A stretch of DNA of 64,000 nt from Phyllobates terribilis (GCF_046119375.1 NW_027362767.1:41788001-41852000); one strand, 5' to 3'; positions 13,898-27,200 are shown, counted from the stretch's first letter. The notes: generated from the sequence alone by a model not told the origin. A program made the numbers and translations.

Positions 13898-16800
13898 ATG
13901 GCCGACCCTGGATCAGGTGGCACGCTCCCACCCCTGGAACTGTATAACCGGGTGTCACAACAAGGGGAGAAAGTCCGAGTATTGAAAACAGAAAAGGCCA
14001 CAAAAGCAAGTATAGTGTGTCTATAAGTTCTGTATGTGTGTACTGCATCTGTCTATAGGTTCTGTATGTGTGTAATGTGTGTACTGCATCTGTCTATAGG
14101 TTCTGTATGTGTGTAATGTGTGTGCTGCATCTGTCTATAGGTTCTGTATGTGTGTAATGTGTGTACTGCATCTGTCTATAGGTTCTGTATGTGTGTAATG
14201 TGTGTGCCGCATCTGTCTATAGGTTCTGTATGTGTGTAATGTGTGTGCCGCATCTGTCTATAGGTTCTGTATGTGTGTAATGTGTGTACTGCATCTGTCT
14301 ATAGGTTCTGTATGTGTGTAATGTGTGTACTGCATCTGTCTATAGGTTCTGTATGTGTGTAATGTGTGTGCCGTATCTGTCTATAGGTTCTTTGTGTGTT
14401 TAATGTGTGTGCTGCATCTGTCTATAGGTTCTGTATGTGTGTAATGTGTGTGTACTGTATCTGTCTATAGGTTCTGTATGTGTGTAATGTGTGTGTACTG
14501 TATCTGTCTATAGGTTCTGTGTGTAATGTGTGTGTACTGTATCTGTCTATAGGTTCTGTATGTGTGTAATGTGTGTACTGCATCTGTCTATAGGTTCTGT
14601 ATGTGTGTAATGTGTGTGCCGCATCTGTCTATAGGTTCTGTATGTGTGTAATGTGTGTGCCGCATCTGTCTATAGGTTCTGTATGTGTGTAATGTGTGTA
14701 CTGCATCTGTCTATAGGTTCTGTATGTGTGTAATGTGTGTGCCGTATCGGTCTATAGGTTCTTTGTGTGTTTAATGTGTGTACTACACGTGTGAATATGT
14801 TGTGTGTGTGTGTGTGTGTATTATATGTATGGATAGGTTCTGTATATGTGTAATGTGTGTACTGAATCCCCCACAAATAATGAGAACGATAATAGATTTC
14901 CTAAAGGAGAAAAAACGTGGCGCTATCTAAGCGTAGTAAGATTTGATCAATTAAAAGGTTGAGTATCTATAGGAAATTGCTCACCTGACCCGCTTGTAGT
15001 ATGGATGAAATTGCAAAGGACTGCGGCCGACCTGGTGAGGTAGGATTGAATCCTGAGACAGGAGTATCCCACAGCGAGAATGCCAAAAGGAAGAACCAGG
15101 TGATGGCGCTATCTTTGCCACCAAGTGAGATCAAGGTGCAGGAACTTCAGGTCGCTCGTAAGTAAGAAAAAAAAAATAAAAATTTTATTATTCACACTAA
15201 TATAAAACGATAAAACCCTGAAGAAGGCTGCAAACTGCCGAAACGCATTGTGTGTATATAGGTTTTATTGTTTTATATTAGTGTGAATAATAAAAATATA
15301 TATATGTATATATATTTTTTTTTTTATTTACGAGCAACCTGAAGTTCCTGCACCTTGATCTCACTTGGTGGCAAAGATAGCGCCATCACCTGGTTCTTCC
15401 TTTTGGCATCCACAAATAATGAGAACAGGAGTCACATGCTATTGCTGATCCATTTTGAATATGGGACTGACGGAGATAGCAGTCAGTCTCATAGACATTG
15501 GAAAGACTATTTTTGTGATCGGATGCCCTAGGCGATCAGCTGCTTAGTATGTATCCTGTTTGATTAGGGACAACCATTTTAAAAGCAAAGTATATTAGAA
15601 ACTTTTTGACCTATTAAGAAAACCTCACTCATGGCAGAAGACTCCCCACAACCATGAGTGACTGATGGTTCATTCATTCGACTAGGTGTTATGTAATACC
15701 ACATCTCTCCTGCAGTGGCCACTAGTGGGTCTTAGAGAATGTAATAACCTCGAACAGTTTCATCATTGTGATCACTGTGACTATAAGATTTCCTCCTCAC
15801 TGGTGGTCGCCCCCATGCCTGCTCTCCTCCCCCTCTCTTGGAGGGGCTTATTAGATAACCTATGTTGTCTTCTTGCTGAAGGATGAAATTGATGCCGCGG
15901 TGAAGCTTCTTCTGGCTCTGAAAGTCAAATATAAGAATGCAACGGGAGAGGACTACAAGCCGGGGTCCCCACCCACCTGTGAGACCCCCTATGCCTACAA
16001 TGGGGTTACTGCTGCAAGTGACGAGAACGATTTTGTGGATCCCTGGACTGTGCAAACTGGCAGCGCAAAAGGGGTGGACTATGATAAACTTATAGGTAAC
16101 TGAGAGTGGATACACAATACTCATGTCATGTCCAGAATCTGTCCCTATTCTGCTCTGTTATTTGCCATCCATCCTTATTCAGTGGGTAGTTCCTGTTCAT
16201 CAGCATTCTGTCAGCACTATAGGTGCTGGAACTTCATAGCATGCATTGCTCCTGATATTGACCAGTGGTTCACCAGAGCTGAACTGAAAGCCGTCTCTGT
16301 GTATGATTCTGACAGGAGAGAAGGCGCCAAGAGACAAAGGCTAGATAAGTTACTGTAGATAGAAAGGAGCCACCTAGTGGTCGTCACTTTGGAGGTATTT
16401 TTTGGGGGTAATACAGTGATTTGCAGATTTCCTATTTAACACATTACCTATCAAATGAGGTCATGTTGTCTGAAAGTACGCAGACCATTTAATTTGGCAT
16501 CAGGATGAGCTGCCAGGTGCTGGACTATCAGATTCTGGATTATGAAATGATCATAGAAAATGTAGTTGGATGCCAGATCACAGGAATTTTGCCATAGACA
16601 TACAAGGAGACAGTTTTTTTCATGTGAGCTCTGCTTTCTCGGTACCTTACACCCTGTACTATATATTTATGATAAATTTCCTGCAGTTCGGTTTGGAAGC
16701 AGCAAAATCGACCAGGATCTGATTGATCGAATTGAACGAGTTACAGGGAACAAGGCGCACCACTTCTTACGGAGAGGAACCTTCTTTTCACACAGGTACG

Positions 16801-19800
16801 GGAACCACCATGTCATTAGGGGTCTGACCTCTGGGGTCCCCATTGATCTTGAGAATTGGGCTGCCTCGGTGCTTGAGGTTTTTCTGTACAGCGGCGTTTG
16901 CGGCAGAGATCTGCAGTCTGCCTCCTTCACCTGTAGGGGGCCGCTCTGCAATTCCTTGCACAGCGTGTTTGCAGGAGCGCTGCTCTGCAGGGAAACAACC
17001 CTGAAGGGAGTCCAGCACTACTCCTGCTCTTCTGCCCCTTCACTCTCAAGGAAATAAAAGTGATGGCAAATTCTAATCTCATATCATCCCTGCATAAGAT
17101 AGGAATACTTCATTGGCAGACTATAGGCTTCTGTAAGCGCCAGCCTGTATTCTGCTTACAGCTCTGAAGGAAAGGTGGCGTACATGTTATTGGCGCATTA
17201 TATCATAGAATGACTATTACAGATGACTCCACAACTAGGATTCACTTTAAACTTTATGTAGAGTTGTGCAACAGTTTAATAAAGCAACTTTGTGAAGTTT
17301 CTCATTTAAAAAAAAACAAAAACCCTGCAGCGTTTTGTGTATACAGCTCCGGTGCGGACCATTTGTCTCTACGGTTACAGACAAACCCTGTACTGTCTGA
17401 TCCTGTGTAGTCACGCTGGTACGCCGCCTCTTCCGGAAAGGGCGTAGTCAGAAACGCGTGACGAAAGGATCAGACTACATAGCGTTTGTTTGTAGTCTGT
17501 AACCATGGAGACACACAGGTCGGCACAGGAGTTCTGTACCTAAAACAGTTGGGGATTTTTAATAACGACTGGTTATAAAGTTTCTGAATTTATTATCTAT
17601 GGATTCACCTGGAGCAAAAAAAAAAAATCAAATGATTGCAAAAGTTTACAGACCCAGCAGATTTAGTACTAATTGCATATGTGATTATTTTTATACATCA
17701 GGGACATGCACCAGATTCTGGATTCCGTTGAGAAGAAGAAGCCTTTTTACCTCTACACGGGGAGAGGCCCGTCTTCAGATTCGATGCACGTCGGTCACCT
17801 CGTTCCATTCATCTTCACCAAGTAAGTAGCGGATCCTTGCTCATTAACCCTTTATGTGACAGCGGCGGCGATTTTATGCAGGCGCCAAGTTAACAGTTAA
17901 AACTCTGCAGGTGATGTTAAGCTATTGTTCTCTGTTTTCATCCAGTTCTTCATTGTGATAAGAACCCATCATTTTTATAACGGGGTTTAGTATCCCTTTA
18001 AGGGGAACCTGCATATGTTAGTTTTAGGGGTCTTATTTTGGGGGGGTACCGAGCTTCTTTTTTTCTCTATTTACAGGTGGTTACAGGAAGTCTTTAATGT
18101 CCCGCTGGTCGTCCAGATGACCGATGATGAGAAGTATCTGTGGAAGGACTTGACCTTAGAGAAAGCCTATCAGTACACTATAGAAAACGCCAAGGACATT
18201 ATTGCCTGCGGCTTCGATGTTAATAAAACCTTCATCTTCTCCGACCTGGAATATATGGGGTGAGTGAGTCCTTAGAATAAAAACATAAAGGGATATTAAC
18301 CCTACAACCTTATAATCAAGCAGTGACTGCATCCACCACTAGGGGGAACTAACTGCATACTGAATTATTTAGTTCAATGTAAATTCAGTATGCAGGAAGC
18401 TTCCCCTGGTGGTGGCTGCAAGCGGATAGATCTGTATTATTTAACCCCTTCTGAACATCCGCTGTACCCAAAGTTTATCCTCTCCATCGTTTTCTCCAAA
18501 GAGCAACAGAGTATGGGGAGAGGTGAAGGCGTCATGGAGGGTTACCCGACGGCTCGTGAAAACTTTTATAACATTCTATGTTCATGGATTCCACAGGATC
18601 AGTTCAGGTTTCTACAAAAATATTGTCCAAGTCCAGAAACACGTAACGTTCAACCAGGTTAAAGGGATATTCGGCTTCACAGACAGCGACTGCATTGGTA
18701 AGTAAAAATGTGAACACCCCAGATCTGACCTGTCTGCTGGGAGTAGTTGTCCTGACCTTGAGTGCCCGGTAATTTGTCTACCTGTCCTGTTGACCTTCAT
18801 TGTCCTATTGTTTTTCAGGGAAAATTAGTTTTCCAGCCATTCAGGCCGCTCCGTCGTTCAGCAGCTCCTTCCCAGAGATATTCAATGGCAGAAAGGATAT
18901 TCAGTGTCTCATCCCCTGTGCCATCGACCAGGTGGGGCGCTTGTTCCAAAATGGGGTAAAATGCTTAGGTCTTGGCCCACATGTGCGACCCTTATTTGCG
19001 TGCAGTGGTTTGTTCCTCTATATTGCAGCCAGAATTGTCTTTTGTGATGTGGAATGGCCTATTGCGTGCACATAATGGGGGGTGAATTCTGTGAAAAAGT
19101 ATATTTAAAAAAATAACTTTTCTGTTGCACTACAAACTATAATCAGTCTGCAAAAAAAAACAGCCTTAAAATACTGTCTTCTCCTTCAGGATCCATACTT
19201 CAGAATGACCAGAGATGTGGCGCCCAGGATCAACTACCTTAAACCAGCTCTGATGCATTCAACCTTCTTTCCTGCGTTGCAAGGGGCACAGACAAAGATG
19301 AGCGCCAGCGATGCCAATTCATCCATATTTCTCACAGACACCCCCAAGCAGATCAAGAATAAGGTGCTGCTCAGAGAATGGTGCAAAAGTCATGTTCAGT
19401 TAAAGGGGGTCGGCCATGTTGAAGCAAATATTACCAAATAGGATGTATTTACTAACGTAATCACTGCCCCATTACTGAGATTTCTGGAGCCATGTCCCCT
19501 TTATTGGCGATGTGACCAGACGTGTCCAAAGCCGTTGGTAAAATCCTCCAGTGCGTTCTGCTTTGTGTTCTCCATCATATATGGCATCCAACTGAACGGG
19601 GCACGGTATGACCCCATCCATGATTTGCAGAGAGCATGGAGGAGCCAGATTTCTGCCCAATTATATCATTAACCCCTTTTCCTCCCTTTTACAGATCAAT
19701 AAACATGCATTCTCCGGGGGCAAAGATACAATCGAGGAACACCGGAAATATGGTGGCAACTGTGAAGTCGACGTCTGTTATATGTACCTGACCTTCTTCC

Positions 19801-20300
19801 TAGAAGACGACGAGAAGCTGGAAAAAATCAAGCAGGTGAGGAGAAAGCAGATGATATATACATAGATCAGTACCCAGGGGCCCGTCACCTACACAGACCC
19901 CGTTAAAACATGTCCCCTCCTACAACATTGGATTGCAATAAGCAATTCCCCTCCTGCTGGAACTACAAGTACCAGCATGCACGGATAGACTGCAGCTGTC
20001 AGGGCTTCATGGGACTTGTAGTTTCCAGCCTGAAGCACTTATCACCTATCTTCTGGGATCTCACTGATTGCTCCGTACCTGCTGCCGTTCGCCAATTGAA
20101 TTACTTGTCAAACCTTCCCCCTCCCTTGTTCCGTCCTTCAGGATTACACTAGCGGGGCGTTACTCACCGGAGAACTGAAGAAAATCCTGATAGAAACCTT
20201 ACAGCCGATAATCGCAACGCACCAGGAGCGGAGGAAAGGGCTGACGGCGGAAACGGTCAAACAGTTTATGACTCCGAGGAAACTGGCCTTCGATTTTTAG
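13898..20300 (+). CDS. WARS1: Cytoplasmic tryptophanyl-tRNA synthetase, 473 aa; join(13898-14005,15882-16095,16687-16795,17702-17821,18077-18259,18597-18697,18819-18931,19190-19363,19695-19835,20142-20300)
   Basis: WHEP domain ([36 protein letters not shown]), HIGH-type HVGH, PCAIDQDPYFR, KMSAS motif, stop TAG at 20298-20300. The exon sum of 1422 nt keeps frame. All introns are GT-AG except the first coding intron (GC-AG). 5' UTR acceptor at 13823. Confidence 0.97.
14015..14865. repeat. ~41-bp minisatellite in WARS1 intron
   Basis: Unit TGCATCTGTCTATAGGTTCTGTATGTGTGTAATGTGTGTAC with (TG) length variation, about 20 copies. Confidence 0.95.
14888..15409. mobile_element. Non-autonomous retroposed insertion (Penelope-like/retrozyme-like) with terminal fold-back
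   Basis: Flanked by the 17-bp direct repeat CCACAAATAATGAGAAC (14871-14887 and 15410-15426). 15080-15409 is a long inverted repeat. Confidence 0.8.
15212..15266 (+). ncRNA. Hammerhead-ribozyme-like motif (type I topology, possibly degenerate)
   Basis: CTGAAGA 15218-15224, stem II GGC/GCC, GAAA 15240-15243, stem III ACGCA/TGTGT, GTA triplet 15254-15256, stem I AAAACC/GGTTTT. Four extra nt (TATA) lie between the triplet and stem I. Confidence 0.6.
17348..17531. mobile_element. Palindromic MITE-like element in WARS1 intron
   Basis: Nested inverted arms TGTCTC/GAGACA, GGTTACAGAC/GTCTGTAACC, TCTGATCC/GGATCAGA, GTCACG/CGTGAC, TACGCC/GGCGTA. Confidence 0.65.
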
Positions 20301-20400
20301 CGACTTTTCCAATCTCTGTGGCGACGCAGATCCAGTCTGCACGATCTTTTAGCCGGGATCATTTTACTGGACTCCATGAAGTTACATTGTAAATTCCTGC

Positions 20401-20406
20401 AATAAA
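20401..20406 (+). terminator. WARS1 polyadenylation signal
   Basis: AATAAA 100 nt after the stop codon. Confidence 0.75.
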
Positions 20407-20789
20407 TCTGTTATACTGATACATAGAGGTCTGGATAAAGGGGAACTCTGCTGCAAATCAGCCTGTAGCCATTGTAATTATTAATTCTGGTGTCAGCATT
20501 ATTAGTCTCCAAACCGTGTCACTCCGGCTGTTGTGAGACTAGTACTCCCATAGAGAGACAGCCATGGAGCACAGCAAAGCCCTGCCCCCCAACTCCCTGT
20601 ACAGGGGCAAACTCCTGCCCATTGCTCAAAAAAACAAGAACGCACTCTCTGCAGATAAAAATCCCTCCCCCACTTACCGTAAACGAGACAAGGACCCACC
20701 CATCACTTCCTGTACAGCGATGGATCCACGCCCGCCATTCTGTAAAGTGATAAATGCCCTAAATTTCTAAGCTCCGTTTCCCCTCCTGC

Positions 20790-21130
20790 AGATGCAACAA
20801 GCCCCACCCTCCTTTCCTATTGGTGCACCAAGCCCCACCCTCCTTTCCTATTGGTGCACCAAGCCCCACCCTCCTTTCCTATTGGTGCACCAAGCCCCAC
20901 CCTCCTTTCCTATTGATGCACCAAGCCCCACCCTCCTTTCCTATTGGTGCACCAAGCCCCACCCTCCTTTCCTATTGATGCACCAAGTCCCACCCTCCTT
21001 TCCTATTGATGCACCAAGCCCCATCCCCCTTTCCTATTGATGTGCCAAGCCCCACCCCCGCTTCCTGTAGATGTGCCAAGCCCCACCCCCGCTTCCTGTA
21101 GATGTGCCAAGCCCCGCCCCCGCTTCCTGT
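20790..21130. repeat. 31-bp minisatellite between the convergent WARS1 and CYP46A1-like 3' ends
   Basis: Unit GCACCAAGCCCCACCCTCCTTTCCTATTGGT, about 11 copies, degenerating rightwards. Confidence 0.92.
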
Positions 21131-21251
21131 TATCCATCCTACCTGCTAGAGCAGGCTTACACTTAACAAAAAGAAGGGAGACTCCATGATGAATACATCG
21201 TTTCTTTATCACATTACTAAAGGGGGAGTTGTGTGAAAGTCCAGGGCCCAT

Positions 21252-24200
21252 TTAATTCCTGGTATTCCGCTGCTGCAGACAGCACATGACTCCATCTTTT
21301 GGTCGCAAGGTCCCGCTGTCGACCATGTCGAAGCTTTGCCCGTCCGTCAGCTGGAACTCAAATCTTTGCAAAAGTTTCGCCATCACCACTTTTGCTTCCA
21401 TCTATTTAAAAAAACAAAAAAAAACAAACACGCTAAAGCTTTCACTTCCCAGCAATCCCTGACTGTGACCAACCGACTACTGGGCCTCCCTGGGCAACAG
21501 TCAGCAATGCTGCGGCCTGGCCGCTCACTGTACACAGCTCACACAATACAGGTGTGTCCTTACCTGTGAGAACACCTGTCCTATACACGACCGGGGCCCC
21601 AAGGAAAACGGGAAGTAGGTGAAGTGCGGCCTGGGAGCAATGAGATACATGAATACACGGCGGAGTCTAGTTATATGCTGGGGGTTGGAGTTTGACACCC
21701 CGTTCTCGAGGATAATGATGGGGTGATGTAAAGCATGGGTATTGGAGGGTGCACTCACCTCTCAGATTCAGGAGCAAATCGATCTGGGTCAAACCTGAGG
21801 GGATCCTTAAAATGCTGCTCCATTCTCCCATAGACATAGGAATTAAACTGTGGAGCGGATGACACCAGAAATTAATAACGGGAACATCAGTTTGTATTTT
21901 AGATTTAACAGGTGTGTATCTACGGGGGCTGCGGAGGCAGAAGTCGCACAGGACCCCTATACCTGAGGGGGCTTAGGACCCCGGCACCATCTATAACATT
22001 ACACATGGCAGGTCGGCATTCTGCAGCTGCTGTTTGTTCTCTTGGGGCCTTTAAGTTCTGCAGTCGGAAAATCATCTGATACTATTGTTCCAGAAGAGAT
22101 GAGCGGCGCCCCCTGTGCAAAGAAAGCTGCTAAGCCCTAAACGGGGTGCCTGCATGCGGCAGGAGAATGGGTGGAGTAGTCTACCCTTGTGTAGCCGCTT
22201 ACCACTAAGGAGACATTAGGTGGGATACGGAGCCCCTCAATCACTAATGCTTTATCCAGAAGACGTGATGTTCCTGGGGCCGTGGGATATAACCGGAGGG
22301 TCTCTTTAAGAATCTATGAAAAATTAGAGTTTAGAAATCTAAGCGATCTGTTCGATAGAAGCTGCAATTCACACTTACCTGCGACAGATACTGCAACTTG
22401 TTCAGATCTTCATACGTAACGTCTCTACGTGACCCGAATACGTCGTCTATTTCACCCTGGACTCTAATTATAAGATGTTAAAAAAAAAAAAAAGGAAAAA
22501 ATTTTTTATTAATTTTATAACAGTTACACATATACAAATAACATTCTCAACCATACCCTGAAATCCTTCCCCTCCCCCCCCCCAACATATGTTATTCAGA
22601 AGATCATATCGTAGATATATGTCCACACAAAACAGAATAAATCAGACCGGCCAAGTCTAAAGCCGCAGAGCCGATTGCCATTTGTTAACGCAATGTGTAG
22701 TGATTCCATAGCAACTGGTAGACCTCTAACAAGACCCTATCGAGGCTGATAACTGGTTGTCTCCAAGCCAAAGACCCCATAGTTTATCAAAATATTTACT
22801 TCTATCCCTTTTGAGGTATACCCATTTTTCCAATGATATAAGGGACTCAACTTGTTTAATAAACTTTCTGCCTGTTGGGGAGGCGTTGCAGAAATCCAGT
22901 TTTTGGCAATCCGTTTTCTAGCCATGTATAGTAATCGAGCTATGGCAAGTCTCCCGGTCTCAGCAGAGTACGCAGCTCGTCTACATATCCCAGTATGCAG
23001 GTAAAAAAAACAAATTATAAGCGTATAAACTGTCACTTCGAGCAGAAGAATAGTGAGTGCAGCTCTGGAGTATAAAACAGGATGTAACTCAGGATCAGTA
23101 ATGTAATGTATGTACACAGGGACTGAACCAGCAGAATAGTGAGTGCAGCTCTGGAGTATAATACAGGATGTAACTCAGGATCAGTAATGTAATGTATGTA
23201 CACAGGGACTGCACCAGCAGAATAGTGATTGCAGCTCTGGGGTATAATACAGGAGGTAACTCAGGATCAGTAATGTAATGTATATACACAGTAACTGCAC
23301 AGCAGAATAGTGAGTGCAGCTCTGGAGTATAAAACAGGATGTAACTCAGGATCAGTAATGTAATGTATGTACACAGGGACTGCACCAGCAGAATAGTGAT
23401 TGCAGCTCTGGGGTATAATACAGGAGGTAACTCGGGATCAGTAATGTAATGTATATACACAGTAACTGCACAGCAGAATAGTGAGTGCAGCTCTGGAGTA
23501 TAATACAGGAGGTAACTCAGGATCAGTGATGTAATGTATGTACACAGTGACTGCACCAGCAGAATAGTGAGTGCAGCTCTGGAGTATAATACAGGATGTA
23601 ACTCAGGATCAGTAATGTAATGTATGTACACAGTGACTGCACCAGCCGAATAGTGAGTGCAGCTCTGGAGGATAGAATAGCACCTGATACGCTGGACCTA
23701 GTGGACATTTGGCCTCACCTTTCTAGTACATCAGGATACCGTGCCAGCTCCATTACTGCAAAAGCCAGCTGGTTTGCTGTGGTCTCTTGGCCTGGAGGCA
23801 TAATACAGTGTGTAGAGTTCTGTTCATAGCAATGAATAATTGACGCCTCCAGAAATGGCTTTATACCCACCTGCTATGAAGAAAGTCACAAAATTATCCA
23901 GCAAACTTTCCAGGTCATACGAATCTTCCACGGCTGTAAAGATTTAGAAGACACCACCCTTATTCTATACCCATTGATCTCTTCCTATATCAGCCACTTC
24001 TGTCCCTGACTACTTCTTGCTCTTGTAGCAGGGGGTCTTGGAAGTAGCTAATATACCGCAGCCATAATACGCAGCTATGGGTCAATGGTTTAGTCACAGA
24101 GTCACCTGGGCTTTAGAGGAAAGCACAGCCCCTGCTCTCCATATAATACAGCGCCACCTAGTGTTCTAGCAGTGGCCAGATCTGCGGTACTGTACCTGCC

Positions 24201-27200
24201 CCTTTGAGTATCTGTGATAGTATATCAGCAGGGACGTCTTCTCCATCTTGTATCGACTTCTGTCTCCTCTCTATACAATCCTTCCCTGTTTGGCGGAGCA
24301 GTCTCACGCTCTCCCGCACGTCTCTGATGAAAGCGCGTCTCCCCGGGGTGTACTGAAGAGTGAGCAGACCAATCATCTTCAAGGATTGCATCACACGCTT
24401 AGATACTCCAGGTCATCAGACAACATGACACGCAATGAGCTTAGATACACCAGTGCAGCAGACAGTATCACAGATGATAGGCTTAGATTTAGATACTCCA
24501 GGTCATCAGACATGACACGCAATGAGCTTAGATACACCAGTGCAGCAGACAGTATCACACATGATAGTATTAGATACACTGATCAGCAGACAGTATCACA
24601 TGATGGATTGGATACATTGGCTCAGCAGACAGTGTCACACAGGATAGGATTAGATACACGGCTCAGCAGACAGTATCACACAGGATAGGATTAGATACAC
24701 TGCCAGGCGGTATAACATAGGATAGGATTAGATACACAGCTCAGCACACAGGATAGGATTAGATACACTGCCAGGCAGTATCACACAGCATAGAATTAGA
24801 TACACAGCTCAGCACACAGTATCATACAGGATAAGATTAGGTACACTGCCAGGCGGTATAACATAGGAGAGGATTAGATACACAGCTCAGCACACAGTAT
24901 CACACAGGATAGGATTAGATACACAGCTCAGCACACAGTATCACACAGGATAGGATTAGATACAATGCCAGGCAGTATCACACAGGATAGGATTAGATAC
25001 ACTGGCAGGCGGTATCACACAGGATAGGATTAGAAACACTGGCAGGCGGTATCACACAGGATAGGATTAGAAACACTGGCAGGCGGTATCACACAGGATA
25101 GGATTAGATACACTGGCAGGCGGTATCACACAGAATAGGATTAGATACATTGCCAGATGGTATCACACAGGATAGGATTAGATACACTGGCAGCCGGTAT
25201 CACACAGGATAGGATTAGATACACTGGCAGGCAGTATCACACAGGATAGGATTAGATACACTGCCAGGCGGTATCACACAGGATAGGATTAGATACACTG
25301 GCAGGCGGTATCACACAGGATAGGATTAGATGCACTGGCAGGCGGTATCACACAGGATAGGATTAGATGCACTGGCAGGCGGTATCACACAGGATAGGAT
25401 TAGATGCACTGGCAGGCGGTATCACACAGGATAGGATTAGATGCACTGGCAGGCGGTATCACACAGGATAGGATTAGATGCACTGGCAGGCAGTATCACA
25501 GGATAGGATTAGATACACTGGCAGGCGGTATCACACAGGATAGGATTAGATGCACCGGCAGGCGGTATCACACAGGATAGGATTAGATGCACCGGCAGGC
25601 GGTATCACACAGGATAGGATTAGATGCACTGGCAGGCGGTATCACACAGGATAGGATTAGATACAGTGGCAGGCGGTATCACAATGGGTATGAATAGCTT
25701 CTGCTGCTCTTTGCTTGTACCTGCACCAGTGGGCTTCGTGTCGCCGCCACCCCCTGCATCACAAGTGAGATCGCTCGTGGGAACGGGGTCTGATCGTCCT
25801 GCAGAGACCTCGGGTCCATCCCAAATGCCACCTGCAGGTCATAAGACAGGTGATACCAGGGCTACGACCCTGACATTAAGCCTCGGGGGTCTCCCCAACC
25901 AGCAGACCCTCTTCAGTATGGGGCCACAGGACCGGCCCGGTCTCCTCTCGCTGTTTGGCCCCTGTGATGCCCCCGTCAGGATTTACCTTTGCGATGACGT
26001 CCAGCGTCACTTTGCTCATCACCTCGTGGATGGAGACCTCACATTTGCCGTCCGCCTTTTCCGACAATCTCTCCATCAGCTCCTCCGCCTTCTCATTAAA
26101 CGTCCCCATCAGTCCCATCAGGTACCTGAAGGTTGGAAAGGCGACTATAATGCATCTAGGGAAGCTCGACGCAATCAATATGGCTGAATCTTATCTAGCG
26201 GTCTGATGGTACAGCTCCCCCTGCATGTTTCCTTCCATATCGCATCTGGTTATCCGGCATGGTTACAGCACATTGCCTGATAATCTGGAAGCTTCCAACA
26301 CCGGAAGATCTTATTTGCATGGGACTGCCAGTTTCCCTGAGGATCACGTTAACCTACGTTCTGCTAAACGAGGGGTCCATGACTCTCCTCTGCTTGTGCC
26401 AATGATCGTAGTTGCGATCAGTCAGCAATCCGGTCCCCAGAAACCTAGAGAGAAAAGGGATAAAACAAAGCAGAAATTTCATAAAGGAGCTTCACCACAA
26501 GATGGCGCCATCCATTGCCCATAGAATATAATCGTTCACCAACCTTACTCCGAAGAGGCTGAACGCCCGCCGATAGACGTCGTCCTTTGTGTATTTTGGT
26601 GACATAAGAATTTCCTGTGTAAAATTATAAAAATAAAAAAAAGGATCAAGAAATGTTTTTACATCCTGGATTAGAAAAACATGGCTGATCTCTTCCAAAA
26701 AATAAAAAAAAACAGCTCCACCCTTATCTACAGGCTGTGTTGGGTATTGCAACTCAGTCAAATTGATAAAACTGATCTGCAATACAACCCATGGACAGAG
26801 GGGGGCGCTGTTTATGGAGGAAAGCAGACATGTTTTTTTTTTAATCCTGGACAACCTGTTTATTGACTCATCATTCTTTGTCCAGTACCTTTACTCCATT
26901 AGGACTGGTGAGAAAAATCATCACATTGTGCAAGGCATTAATCCGGACGACGGGGCCATAGGTCTGCGCCCTGGCAAGTAAGTACAATCATAACCCATTA
27001 ATTGGCTGAACAAGGTAGAAGACATATAACCTGTTTATCTATTGACATGCAGAACGGCCATCTCTGCCGGATTTCCCGGGGCTCCTGGGGGGCTGGGTTT
27101 GTGGGCGGGGGGCAGGGCTTAAACATTCCCAGAAACGTCAGTTATCACACAGCCGAATGGGAAGGGGGGGGGTGTTTTTTTTGTTTTTTTAAATGGCATC

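Noticed and set aside
22470-22500. Plus-strand poly(A) as the tail of an inverted (twin-primed) LINE
   Set aside because: It is the polypyrimidine tract of the minus-strand exon 11 acceptor; the sequence to its left is P450 exon.
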